The translations under genes and the position numbers were made by a program. Positions 7,777 through 17,395 of a stretch of DNA of 64,000 bases are shown here, piece by piece (position 1 is the stretch's first letter; each line of letters begins with the position of its first letter). The DNA comes from an uncultured Pseudomonadota bacterium (GTDB lineage: Bacteria > Oederibacteriota > Muellerivitia > Muellerivitales > Muellerivitaceae): assembly GCA_963836235.1 (NCBI GenBank), contig CAWIIP010000002.1:1088001-1152000 (forward strand), read 5' to 3'. Under the pieces are notes generated by a model. It worked only from the letters and a program-made list of their open reading frames with translations, was not told where the DNA came from and searched no databases.

Positions 7777-10700
7777 TTAACGCAGGAGGAGGAGTTTGAC
7801 TACGGAGTGGTAACCGTTATGGTTTGAGATCACCACATAGTAAAGGCCACTAGCCAGAGGTGCCCCTGACTTGTCGTTCAGGGCCAAAGGAATATGCCAG
7901 GTCTTCGCTGTTGTACTCCCGCTCACCGAAGCCGTCACGCCCGGTGACGAGGTCGACACCGTGTTGTCCTGCACATCCCGGAAGGCCACCGTGAATATCT
8001 GCACACTCAATGTATCCGACGCTTGACTCAATGTCGCCGACACCGTAACGGGTCCTCCCGTGGAGGGGTTCGGGTAAACCACTGGTATCGAACTCGGTTG
8101 AAGGGTGGAAGTCGGCGTCAACGAAGCCGTGGAATTGGGCGTCGAGGACGGTGTAGAGGTCGCCGAGCTAATCGTGACGACAGCCCCGGGGACCGGCAAT
8201 CCGCCGAAGCCAACAGCTTGGCCATTGTTCCCTGCTCCGCCTGTCACACTGAATGTGTAGGTACCCGTCGGCGCGCTAGTCGAGAAGGTCGCCACCACTT
8301 CATAAGTCACCGCCCCATTACTGGCCGGAATGACATTATTGGAAGTTAAACTACTCAAATTAAAGGTCGCCGTCGTTCCAGTGAAACTGGCCGTGGAAAT
8401 AACCGTTCCATTGTCCACCAGCGATACGGAAGTGATTCCCGTAGGGGATGCACCTGACTCGGTAAGGGTCAAACTGCTCAAAGTGACGGCATTTGCTCCG
8501 GGATTGGTCAATTGGACTTGTTGTACGGCCACGTTGGAAGCTCCCGCCGGTTGAGTTGAATCGACAGGCGGGCTGGACCCTTGCGAAGCCTGCACCGTTA
8601 CTTGGGTGGGAGTCGGGGTCGGGGTGATCGTAGGCGTATTGGTCAGCGTGACCGTTGCCGTAAAGGTTGGGCTGTTGGTTAAAGTTTCGGTGGCCGTATT
8701 GGCCAGAGTATTGGTAGGTGTGGAAGTCGTTGTTTTAGTTTCCGTATTCGAAGTCGTAAGCGTTGGGGTGTTGGTAGCGCTATTCGCCAAGGTATTAGTG
8801 GCTGTCGCCGTGGCCGTACTGGTGGCGCTATTCGCTAAAGTATTCGTGGGCGTGAAAGTCGTTGTTTTAGTTTCCGTATTCGAAGTCGTAAGCGTTGGGG
8901 TGTTGGTAGCGCTATTCGCCAAGGTATTAGTGGCTGTTGCCGTGGCGGTATTCGTGGCACTATTCGCCAAAGTATTCGTAGGCGTCGACGTGGCCGTATT
9001 TATGGCCGTATTTGTCGTCGTACTGGTAGTCGTCGAGGTCGGGGTTTTGGTCGCCGTCATTGTCGTCGTATTCGTAGGGGTATTGGTAGCGGTCACCGTT
9101 GTCGTATTCGTCACCGTATTAGTGCCGGTTTTCGTGGCCGTGAAGGTCGCCGTGCTTGTTCCCGTCATAGTAGGCGTCGATGAAGGTGTTGACGTCAAAA
9201 CGGTTCCCGTGGGACTGAGGGTCGGCGTATCACTAATAGTGGCCGTGGCGGTGTTAGTCGTCGTGGAGGTAGCGGTTTTAGTCGCCGTGTTTGTCGCCGT
9301 TTCCGTAATGGTGGAAGTAGTCGTACCGGTAGTTGTGGAAGTCACCGTTCGGGTGGCGGTGGAAGTGGCCGTATTGGTCGCCGTATTCGTCAGGCTATTC
9401 GTCGGGGTGGCCGTCGGGCTATTCGTGGGGGAAGGCGTCGCCGTACGGGTTGCCGTATTGGAAGTAGTGCCTGTCGCCGTACTCGTGGTCGTATTGGTCG
9501 CCGTGCTGGCCAAAGTGCTGGTGGAAGTCGAGGTCACCGTTGAAGTAACCGTCTTCGTAGGGCTATTTGTGGTTGTATTCGTCGGACTATTCGTAGTCGT
9601 ATAGGTCGCGGTTACCGTAGCGGTATTACCCACCGTATTCGTTGGGCTGGCGGTAACGGTAAAGGTCGGTGTTCGCGTTGGACTGTTGGTGGCGGTCGTA
9701 GTAGGTGTAAATGTAGCTGTGGAAGAAGGGCTACTTGTAGCTGTCTTTGTAAGGGTCCCGGTTGGGGTTAACGTGGGAGTATTAACCACGGTGTTGGTGG
9801 CGGTGGAGGAAGGTGTTCCTGTGGGCGTACGAGTGGCGCTGGAAGTAGGCGTACCGGTCGGGGTACCGGGTACCACCGAGGGTGTGGCGGTATTAATGAT
9901 GACGGGCGTGTAATAGCCGTTGGAAATTTTGGCAAAATGCATGCAAACCTGGTCCACCGAATACCCCAATGTCGCGGGATTACCCGCAGTATCCCATTGG
10001 ACGGAAGTCACATTGGTCAATGCCTGGTCACGCGTGAGGGAGACGCTTCCGTTCGAGGCCAACCCATAGCAGAATCCCGCGCTGTTCCAGTCCTGGCACA
10101 TGATCTCGTTGTAAGTGACGGTGACGGCCTGCCAGGTTGTGGTCACAGGGAAAGTATAGCCGAACTGGTTGGCGTTGCCGCCATTGGCGGGGTCAAGGGC
10201 GGGGTTGTAGAAATTTAAGCGGATGGTCATGGGCGCCGTCGATTTAATATAAAAGTTGATATCCACCAGTGAACAGGGGCCCGCCCCACCAACCGTCAGA
10301 TTCAAGAGATTGTTATATGGCGCATTCAGGGCGGTGGCGATGGCAAATCCTCCATATGTAGCGGGAGTGCTCAAGCCGTTGTCCATCCAGAAACCCGTCA
10401 CGGACGCATCCCAATTAGTTCCCGCGGCACCGGGAGATTGGAGAATATAGGAGGGACCGGAGACAATGGCACGGGTGGGCGTGGGATTGACCGGGGTGTT
10501 GTTCAAACTGGCATAGGAAAAAGTAAACCAGAAACCATTGGTTGAATTGATAAGGTTGTCGTCCTCTAAATCATCCAGCATGAAGCAAGGCATGGGCGTG
10601 GGGGTGGCGGGCGGGGTGTTGGCGGTACAACCGCCGCAGGCCATGTTGGGAAAGTTACCCGTTCCCACCATCAAACACATGAGGCCCAGTGTGTCCTGGA

Positions 10701-11901
10701 AGTATTCCAACGTCACGCAGCCGGTGTTGGCCATCAGACGGCGGGCAAGTTCGTCATAGGTGTCGTCCACGAAAGCCTGGTTAACAGGGTTATTAGGCAG
10801 CCCTGCCATACAGCCCACAAGCGCAGGACCGATCTGCAGGTGGGAGCAAGGGGAGGTAGCACCGTCCGTGCCAGCCTTGACGGCTGTATTGCCGTCCGTG
10901 GCGTTGAAATATTCCTGGATATAATTAAGGTAACCATTGGCGGTGACCCCGGCCTGCATGGTACGGGCGAACATGGAAATAGGGCCCTGGTTGCTGCCGT
11001 TCCAGAGGTAGTCCGTGCCCATGCGCCAGCCCCAGCGGGAAGCGTCGTAACCGTGGTTGTTGGCTCCTTCGGTGCCAAGAGCGATAGGGGAGTGGAAGGT
11101 GCCGTCGTTGTTGATTTCGTTGGGTACATAGCCATGGGTCCATTGGCTTTCCAAAGCCGGGCAGAGGGTGTTGTAAACCCATGTGACTACGTTGGTCCAT
11201 GCCGTATTGCCGGTCTTAGTCTCAAAGCAACGGTACCACCCGGGTGAGCAATAATCAGGATAAACGACCCCCGTATTGTTGTCGCCGCCCGTGACTACGT
11301 TGCCAGAGAAGTCTTTTGCTATAAGTGAAGCGGCCATACTGGCGGCTTCGGTGGTGTAAGTGGCATTGTTCCACTGGTTGGCCGCCATATAGAGCGACAT
11401 GCACATGTCTTGATCCGCATCCGTGGCGTTGTTCCCCGAACAGGTGGCGCCAGTCGGGCCAGCGCAGGTCCAGTTCATCAAGCCGTTGCCGTCCAGATGG
11501 GCCTTGCGATAACCATCCAAGCCATCGAAGAGGGTCTTATCCGCCATTTGGACGGCGATCAACATGCCGTAACCAATTCCTTCCGAAACCGTCTCATAAT
11601 TGGAACCGCCACCGCTTCCGGCATCGGGCCACCAAACCCTCGTGCTGGCTCCGGTCCCCGTGACGAAGGCGTTGTACCAAGAGACATAAAACTGGGAGAC
11701 GGCAGCGGCATATTGAGCTTGGCTGTAACGGCTGGGTTGCAAGCCATAGGTATAGCGGATGTTATGCGGGAAGGGGCAGGTGATAGTGCTAGCTGAAGGG
11801 TCATTGATGAGAGGCGCCGAATAAGCGACCGATATAGATACTAACATTAGGGAGGCTGTAGCAAAAAAACGGAAAAGGTTTTTAGTTAAAAAATTTTTCA
11901 A
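7777..11901 (-). CDS. GH8 glycoside hydrolase + CBM11-like domain + Thr-rich stalk + beta-sandwich + T9SS-like CTD
   Basis: TVSEGIGYGML, NGLMNW, NATDADQD and YDASR motifs of CelA-type GH8; LDDLEDD...GFWFTF CBM11-like start; YPNP...ASGLYY...KLLLLR. Confidence 0.9.
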   Translation of the reverse strand: MKNFLTKNLFRFFATASLMLVSISVAYSAPLINDPSASTITCPFPHNIRYTYGLQPSRYSQAQYAAAVSQFYVSWYNAFVTGTGASTRVWWPDAGSGGGSNYETVSEGIGYGMLIAVQMADKTLFDGLDGYRKAHLDGNGLMNWTCAGPTGATCSGNNATDADQDMCMSLYMAANQWNNATYTTEAASMAASLIAKDFSGNVVTGGDNNTGVVYPDYCSPGWYRCFETKTGNTAWTNVVTWVYNTLCPALESQWTHGYVPNEINNDGTFHSPIALGTEGANNHGYDASRWGWRMGTDYLWNGSNQGPISMFARTMQAGVTANGYLNYIQEYFNATDGNTAVKAGTDGATSPCSHLQIGPALVGCMAGLPNNPVNQAFVDDTYDELARRLMANTGCVTLEYFQDTLGLMCLMVGTGNFPNMACGGCTANTPPATPTPMPCFMLDDLEDDNLINSTNGFWFTFSYASLNNTPVNPTPTRAIVSGPSYILQSPGAAGTNWDASVTGFWMDNGLSTPATYGGFAIATALNAPYNNLLNLTVGGAGPCSLVDINFYIKSTAPMTIRLNFYNPALDPANGGNANQFGYTFPVTTTWQAVTVTYNEIMCQDWNSAGFCYGLASNGSVSLTRDQALTNVTSVQWDTAGNPATLGYSVDQVCMHFAKISNGYYTPVIINTATPSVVPGTPTGTPTSSATRTPTGTPSSTATNTVVNTPTLTPTGTLTKTATSSPSSTATFTPTTTATNSPTRTPTFTVTASPTNTVGNTATVTATYTTTNSPTNTTTNSPTKTVTSTVTSTSTSTLASTATNTTTSTATGTTSNTATRTATPSPTNSPTATPTNSLTNTATNTATSTATRTVTSTTTGTTTSTITETATNTATKTATSTTTNTATATISDTPTLSPTGTVLTSTPSSTPTMTGTSTATFTATKTGTNTVTNTTTVTATNTPTNTTTMTATKTPTSTTTSTTTNTAINTATSTPTNTLANSATNTATATATNTLANSATNTPTLTTSNTETKTTTFTPTNTLANSATSTATATATNTLANSATNTPTLTTSNTETKTTTSTPTNTLANTATETLTNSPTFTATVTLTNTPTITPTPTPTQVTVQASQGSSPPVDSTQPAGASNVAVQQVQLTNPGANAVTLSSLTLTESGASPTGITSVSLVDNGTVISTASFTGTTATFNLSSLTSNNVIPASNGAVTYEVVATFSTSAPTGTYTFSVTGGAGNNGQAVGFGGLPVPGAVVTISSATSTPSSTPNSTASLTPTSTLQPSSIPVVYPNPSTGGPVTVSATLSQASDTLSVQIFTVAFRDVQDNTVSTSSPGVTASVSGSTTAKTWHIPLALNDKSGAPLASGLYYVVISNHNGYHSVVKLLLLR
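8697..8985 (-). repeat. 132-bp (44-aa) near-exact tandem duplication inside the GH8 Thr-rich stalk
   Basis: AAGTCGTTGTTTTAGTTTCCGTATTCGAAGTCGTAAGCGTTGGGGTGTTGGTAGCGCTATTCGCCAAGG at 8724 and 8856. Confidence 0.9.
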
Positions 11902-12029
11902 CGGTTTTCCTTCAAGGATTCTTCAAAAGCCTCTGTGTTTTGCAATACCCACATTTGATTTAGCTTCGTAAGAGTACCGCAAGAAACCTTCCAAGTAAAT
12001 CCACAATCATCACTTAAGGCATCTTGCTA

Positions 12030-12058
12030 TTTATCGATAAAACTACCTGATTATCGAC
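12030..12058. promoter_or_regulatory. TTTATCGATAAA palindrome plus a second half-site 20 bp away, upstream of GH8
   Basis: Perfect palindrome at 12030-12041; TTATCGAC at 12051. Confidence 0.5.
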
Positions 12059-12193
12059 TTTAAAAAGAAGGTCTGGGGCCACCCCACCCCATCTGTTGCT
12101 GTTTTTTAGGATTATATGTCTTGTGAATCCCGATTTTGTATTGGAAGGCCGCAAGAAAAAAACGGATTTTTCTTGCCGATCAGTCCAAATTCA

Positions 12194-13861
12194 TCAATAG
12201 AAGCTGACGTCATCCACCCAAAGGTCATAGTTGGCAAGGGGGAAAGTGTTGTCAAACTCCCATTGGACGCCGAGGAGAGAAGTCGGATCCCAAGGAACCG
12301 TCATGTTTCCCCATCCTTGTGGCGCGACAATAGGTGTCGTCATCGGGATTTGGATCAGTTGCCATGAAGTCGTGATCTGTGTCGTCAATTCATAACAGTA
12401 ATGGTCGTCGCATTGAAGTGTTAGGCCCATGCTGTTCACGCTGGGGCCGACGCAACTGCCGCCTTCGGCCGCCGTGGCCGTTGCCACCTCCGGGAACTTG
12501 ACAAAGACACCCGCGACGTTGGAGGAAGGTCCCCACTTGGCGTAAAACTGAACGCCGTGGGAGAAATCGGTCGTGGCCCAAGCGCTAGCGTTATATGGCC
12601 CCTCGGGCTTCAAGAAATTAACCCCTAATCCGGCGAAGGGACAAGTGGTGTAGGGCGCGCCGCAAGCCGCACCTACGGTTCCAGAAATATGGGCCGCGAA
12701 ATCCTGGGTACCGTCGTACCCCGGCGAATCGGGGAAAAAGGCCGTGCCGCTGACCGCCCCGTTCGGGCATTCAACGGTTCCCACCGAAAAGTTATCCGCG
12801 AAAATATACCAGTACCCGGTTCGACCGCTGGGGGATCCGGCATAAAAAGGAGCGGTGTTGTAAAAGGCCACATGATTTTCCCCGTCCTGGAAGTCGCTCA
12901 GCAAAGTCGACCCGGGAGCCGTCGGTGCGGCTGGAGATGTGGTCGTGACGAGTTGGACGTCATCAACCAGGAAATCAATATTAAAATTGTTCGTACCCAG
13001 GTTTTGCGGAGCGAACTTGACGGATTGGATGGAAACCGGGTTGAGCGCTGTGGAACTTCCGTCCTCCAAAAGGTCCCAACCCGCCTGGTTGTAATAAACC
13101 GTGAACTGTTGCCACGCAGTGGTGAATGGGACGGCTACCTGGTGGTCGGTGACGGATCCATTATCGACAAAGTCCACCCAGAACGGCACGGCGGCGCCGC
13201 AGATGGTAGAGGGCATCGTTTTGACCTTTCCCCAAAAGCTGATTCCCGTGTAGTGATGGCCCACTGTGGCGTCATAAAAGGTTACTCCCGCATTCAAGGT
13301 TCCGGTGGGATTGGTAAAGGTAAATCCCAATTGGTCGAACCCGCTGGTACCGCTGGGATTAAAAGTCACGCTTTGTTCAATAGCGGTGGCATCGACGGTG
13401 CCGACCCCGGAGAGGATGGTGGTGACACCCACATCGTTAGTGGCAAACCAATAACCATCCCGCCAATGGCCATTCTCATCCTTGGTAACGTAAATTTGGC
13501 TCACACTATCCGAGCCGCTTCCGCCCGTCCCCTTGAAATCGTCGATCAAAGGGTAGTTCGGAGTGGGGGTACCGGTGGCGGTTGAGGTACTGGTTGGTAC
13601 CGGGGAAGTAGTGGGTGTTGAAGTAGCAGTGTTTGAAGGCGTGTTCGTGGCAGTAGGTGGCGTACCGGTGGAAGTCGGGGTATGTGAAACCGTGGCAGTG
13701 GGGCTGGAAGTCGCCGAAGAGGTGGGAGTCGAGTTGCTGCTCGAGATAGGGATACTCGGGCTTCCCGGAGCCGACAGTTCGCGGGAACAACCCACGAAAA
13801 ATCCTAAACCGACCAATCCGGTTAAAAAGGTTCCCCAAACGAAAAACCGCCATGATTTCAT
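12194..13861 (-). CDS. Lipoprotein with Thr/Ser/Pro tether and two CBM11-like carbohydrate-binding domains
   Basis: Lipobox FVGC; LIDDF...GYWFATND and LLSDFQDG...GYWYIFAD; TAWQQFTV / TSWQLIQIP; FLVDDVQL / LWVDDVSFY. Confidence 0.75.
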   Translation of the reverse strand: MKSWRFFVWGTFLTGLVGLGFFVGCSRELSAPGSPSIPISSSNSTPTSSATSSPTATVSHTPTSTGTPPTATNTPSNTATSTPTTSPVPTSTSTATGTPTPNYPLIDDFKGTGGSGSDSVSQIYVTKDENGHWRDGYWFATNDVGVTTILSGVGTVDATAIEQSVTFNPSGTSGFDQLGFTFTNPTGTLNAGVTFYDATVGHHYTGISFWGKVKTMPSTICGAAVPFWVDFVDNGSVTDHQVAVPFTTAWQQFTVYYNQAGWDLLEDGSSTALNPVSIQSVKFAPQNLGTNNFNIDFLVDDVQLVTTTSPAAPTAPGSTLLSDFQDGENHVAFYNTAPFYAGSPSGRTGYWYIFADNFSVGTVECPNGAVSGTAFFPDSPGYDGTQDFAAHISGTVGAACGAPYTTCPFAGLGVNFLKPEGPYNASAWATTDFSHGVQFYAKWGPSSNVAGVFVKFPEVATATAAEGGSCVGPSVNSMGLTLQCDDHYCYELTTQITTSWQLIQIPMTTPIVAPQGWGNMTVPWDPTSLLGVQWEFDNTFPLANYDLWVDDVSFY

Positions 13862-14086
13862 TTTTTCCTCTTAGTCATTTCCTTAAATTTTGCCGAACGA
13901 GGCGCTCGCCAACGAAGGGCACCTTTACTTGGGACAAGACCCCTTGATGTTGCCCGTTATACAAGTTAAGAATACCAAATCTTGGAGGAATTTTTGGCCA
14001 TTAAATCCATGGTCAATATCCATAAGTTGCATTCTTAGTCCAAAATATCCTCGACTAAAAAAACTAGGGAAATTCTTTGAGAAATC

Positions 14087-14124
14087 GGAGTTTATCAATA
14101 AATCTTGGAGTTTATCAATAAATC
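14087..14124. repeat. Direct repeat GGAGTTTATCAATAAATC x2 (20-bp period), candidate tandem operator
   Basis: Copies at 14087 and 14107, each containing TTTATCAATAAA. Confidence 0.75.
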
Positions 14125-14314
14125 AGGGATTGAGTTTTGTTTAAAAATCAGAACATATGGGCCGAAACCACAAGCGTTGTCTAAACCTTGCTGCGCCACA
14201 CTGTTTCTCTTTTTTTTATCGAGTTTTAAACCCGAATCAAACCCTGTGTAACCTGCATGACTCCAAATTAGGATTCACCCATTTACAGAAAAATGAGGGT
14301 AACACTTACAAGTT

Positions 14315-17300
14315 TTAATGCAAAAGAAGCAGCTTCACCACGCTTCGCTGAGTTCCGACTTCGATGACAACGTAATAGAGGCCGCTGGCCAAGAAATGTT
14401 TCCAGTCATCCGTTAACTCGAACTTCAACGGGCCGTAAGACACGGACTGGTAGGTGGTTTCCTTCACCTTCCGGAAAGCCGTTGTGAAAAGCTGTATCTT
14501 GACGTCTTGATTTCCCACATAGGGGGGAGGCAGAACGCTCACCGGCCCCCCACTAGACGGGTTAGGAAAAAGGACTGGAGTATATCCCGGCAGGGGCGTC
14601 AAGATCGCTGTGGGCGTATAGGTTGAGGCGGGGCCCAATGTTGGGGTGGAACTGATTGTTGACGAAGGCGTCGCTGTAACCATCACCACCGTGATCGTAG
14701 CTCCGTTAAGTGTCGTTGGGTTAAACAGGACCGGCTGTCCATTGTTCCCCGTCTCGTTTGTGATACTGAATGAATAGTTTCCCACCGCCGTATTCGAGAA
14801 ATTTGCCTGTACCTGATAGGTCACCGCTCCATTGCTTGCGGGAATCGTATCGCTAAAGTTAAAGACGGCGTTGGATCCAGTGAAGCTAGCCGTTGATACC
14901 GACACGCCGTTTTTCAAGAGCGTAACCGAAGTAATCCCTGACGTCGTTGCTCCCGTTTCCGTCAAAGTTAGACTCGTCAGATTCACCGGGCTGATACCCG
15001 GATTTGTCATGACGATCTGTTCCAACGATACTCCCGAAGCTCCCGGCAATTGCGAGCTGTTGCCTGGGGGAGATGATCCTTGTGAAACTTCCACCGTCAC
15101 CGGCGTAGGCGACGGGGTCGGCGTATTCGTGGGAGTTCCCGTATTTACCAGGGTGTTGGTAACCGTAGAAGTAACCGTTCGAGTCGCGCTATTAGTCGCG
15201 GTAGAGGTGGGGGTCTCCGTTGCTGTATTCGCCAAAGTGTTGGTAAAAGTCGGCGTCGCCGTATTACTCGGCGTATAAGTCAAGCTATTGGTAACGGTTT
15301 CTGTTGCCGTCCAAGTCGGGCTGGCCGTGGAAGTCGAAGCGGCGGTGCGTGTGGCGCTTGCTGTCGCCGTATCCGTCGAAGTATTCGTGGTGGTAGCGGT
15401 TGGCGATCCCGTAGCCGTGTTGGTGCCGGTGTCCGTGGTGGTGGACGTGGCCGTGTTCGTTTCTGTCTTGGTCGTGGTAAAAGAAGGCGTTGGAGTCAAT
15501 GAAGGGCTCAAAGTTCCCGTAGGACTTAAAGTTGGTGTATCTGTAATTGTGAAGGTAGCCGTATTCGTCGCAGTCGGGGTCGCTGTATTCGTAGGCGTAT
15601 TGGTTGCCGTATTCGTGGTGGTCGACGTGGTTGTGCCGGTTGCCGTGGAAGTGGTCGTGCGGGTAGCCGTAGGAGTTGCCGTGTTGGTCAGCGTATTGGT
15701 AAGAGTGTTGGTAGGTGTAGTCGTCGGGCTATTGGTAGCTGTCGCTGTTGCCGTACGTGTGGTCGTGTTGGTGGGACTATTGGTCTCTGTGCTAGTTACC
15801 GTATTAGTCAAAGTATTGGCCAAGGTGTAGGTAGGGGTGGCCGTTTGGCTGTTAGTAACCGTAGCCGTTGCTGTTCGCGTCCCCGTATTAGTGGCCGTGT
15901 TTGTAGCCGTAAAGGTGGCGGTGGAAGTCGGTGTTAATGTTAAGGTTCGGGTAGCTGTGTTCGTGGATGTAAATGTGGAGGTTGAAGTTGGCGTGTTGGA
16001 AGCCGTGTTGGCCAAAGTCGTAGTCGGCGTCGCAGTCGGGGTTTTGGTGGCCGTAGAAGTCGGACTCCAAGTGGCCGTCGGGGTTGTTGTGTTTGTCCCG
16101 GTGCCGGTAGCACTATAAGTCGGCGTCACAGTAACCGTTCTAGTCGATGTGTTAGTGACAGTTACCGTGGGACTGTTGGTGCGGGTATTCGTTGGCGTAT
16201 TCGTGGCTGTTAGAGTCATTGTATGGGTAGGGGTCCCCGTGAAAGTAAAAGTAGGACTATTGGTCGGAACGGGTGAACCGGCAGAAGGACAGGTAGGCAC
16301 AGGTGTTGCCAGGAAAGTAGAAACAGCGGCACCCCAGGCGGTTGGAGCGAAGCTACCCGTATATAAATTAGGACAGGAACTGTTGGTCATGGACCATGCC
16401 GTGCCGCCCGCGATGCCCGATGTGCCGGTCAGCCAAGGAAAGATGTTGGCGTCAAAAGTAGTATTATCCGTATTGCAACTCGTGGAAGGACCATACTCCC
16501 CCACAAAAACCGGGTAACTCGACAAAAGACTGCTTGGCACCTCGGCGTTCCAACTTGTGGAGGACGTTCCATCGTTATTGCCATAAAGGTGCGCGGCGAA
16601 AGCCACGCCGTTTCCCGTGTTCGTTACCGAAGCGGCGGGAAGCCCGTTTAAATTGGCACACCAATGCAGGCCTCCCATCAAACAAACATTATTGGCTCCG
16701 GCGCCGCGCACTGCGTTCAGGAGAGCCTGCATTCCCGGGGTGGAAAAAGAAGCTCCTGTCAAAGTGCCGCCATTCAGCCAAATGTCATAACCATTCGTAT
16801 CAACGGTCGGCGAGGTGTCTTTTCCAGAATCATAAGGTTCATTATAAAGGTCAAAAAGAACCGCCGAATTGCCAGCGTAAACCCCAGCCACCGAACTCCA
16901 AAAGGTGACGGCGTTGGCGTCCGCCATCGGCTGTTGTTTGGTCGTGGCGGCGGTTCCCCATCCGGTTCCGCAGGGGGACGTAGCCGCAGAGGATTCCCCC
17001 GACCAATGAAGGTCAAGGAGGACATAAACGTTGTTGTTGGCGCACCAGGTTACGATACCGTTCACGATGCTGCGGTAGTTAGAACCATTCGTGTCTGTGT
17101 CGCCACAACCGAACCAATAGTCTTGGTTCATTGGCAACCGGATGAAGTTTGAATCCCATCCTGTCACCGCCTCTTGCGCTACGCTCAGAAGGGTTCCTGG
17201 CCAGCTTCCGTTAGTCCCCGTGGAGGAAAACTCCAGCCCGTCCACATCGACACCCTTCAGCAAGATAGAGCAACCGCTGCTCGTTTGAAGCTTGTTACCC

Positions 17301-17395
17301 GAAACCTGAAGCACCGGAGGAGCCGCATAAATAACCGTGGCTAAAGAGAAAAGAATAAAACTTATAGCTAATAGGTATGGTTTTAGATTTTGAAT
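14315..17395 (-). CDS. GH5 cellulase-family hydrolase + Thr-rich stalk + beta-sandwich + T9SS-like CTD (start uncertain)
   Basis: FIRLP, VLLDLHW, FDLYNEP (acid/base), AHLY, PVFVGEYG (nucleophile). The frame stays open upstream of GTG 17314 through a signal peptide (IQNLKPYLLAISFILFSLATVIYA) to ATT at 17395. Confidence 0.88.
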   Translation of the reverse strand: MQNLKPYLLAISFILFSLATVIYAAPPVLQVSGNKLQTSSGCSILLKGVDVDGLEFSSTGTNGSWPGTLLSVAQEAVTGWDSNFIRLPMNQDYWFGCGDTDTNGSNYRSIVNGIVTWCANNNVYVLLDLHWSGESSAATSPCGTGWGTAATTKQQPMADANAVTFWSSVAGVYAGNSAVLFDLYNEPYDSGKDTSPTVDTNGYDIWLNGGTLTGASFSTPGMQALLNAVRGAGANNVCLMGGLHWCANLNGLPAASVTNTGNGVAFAAHLYGNNDGTSSTSWNAEVPSSLLSSYPVFVGEYGPSTSCNTDNTTFDANIFPWLTGTSGIAGGTAWSMTNSSCPNLYTGSFAPTAWGAAVSTFLATPVPTCPSAGSPVPTNSPTFTFTGTPTHTMTLTATNTPTNTRTNSPTVTVTNTSTRTVTVTPTYSATGTGTNTTTPTATWSPTSTATKTPTATPTTTLANTASNTPTSTSTFTSTNTATRTLTLTPTSTATFTATNTATNTGTRTATATVTNSQTATPTYTLANTLTNTVTSTETNSPTNTTTRTATATATNSPTTTPTNTLTNTLTNTATPTATRTTTSTATGTTTSTTTNTATNTPTNTATPTATNTATFTITDTPTLSPTGTLSPSLTPTPSFTTTKTETNTATSTTTDTGTNTATGSPTATTTNTSTDTATASATRTAASTSTASPTWTATETVTNSLTYTPSNTATPTFTNTLANTATETPTSTATNSATRTVTSTVTNTLVNTGTPTNTPTPSPTPVTVEVSQGSSPPGNSSQLPGASGVSLEQIVMTNPGISPVNLTSLTLTETGATTSGITSVTLLKNGVSVSTASFTGSNAVFNFSDTIPASNGAVTYQVQANFSNTAVGNYSFSITNETGNNGQPVLFNPTTLNGATITVVMVTATPSSTISSTPTLGPASTYTPTAILTPLPGYTPVLFPNPSSGGPVSVLPPPYVGNQDVKIQLFTTAFRKVKETTYQSVSYGPLKFELTDDWKHFLASGLYYVVIEVGTQRSVVKLLLLH

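Noticed and set aside
4745-16517. Long Val-rich plus-strand ORFs (e.g. 4745-5290, 8606-9604, 15288-15830)
   Set aside because: Antisense shadows of the Thr-rich (ACN codon) stalks; no SD or independent features
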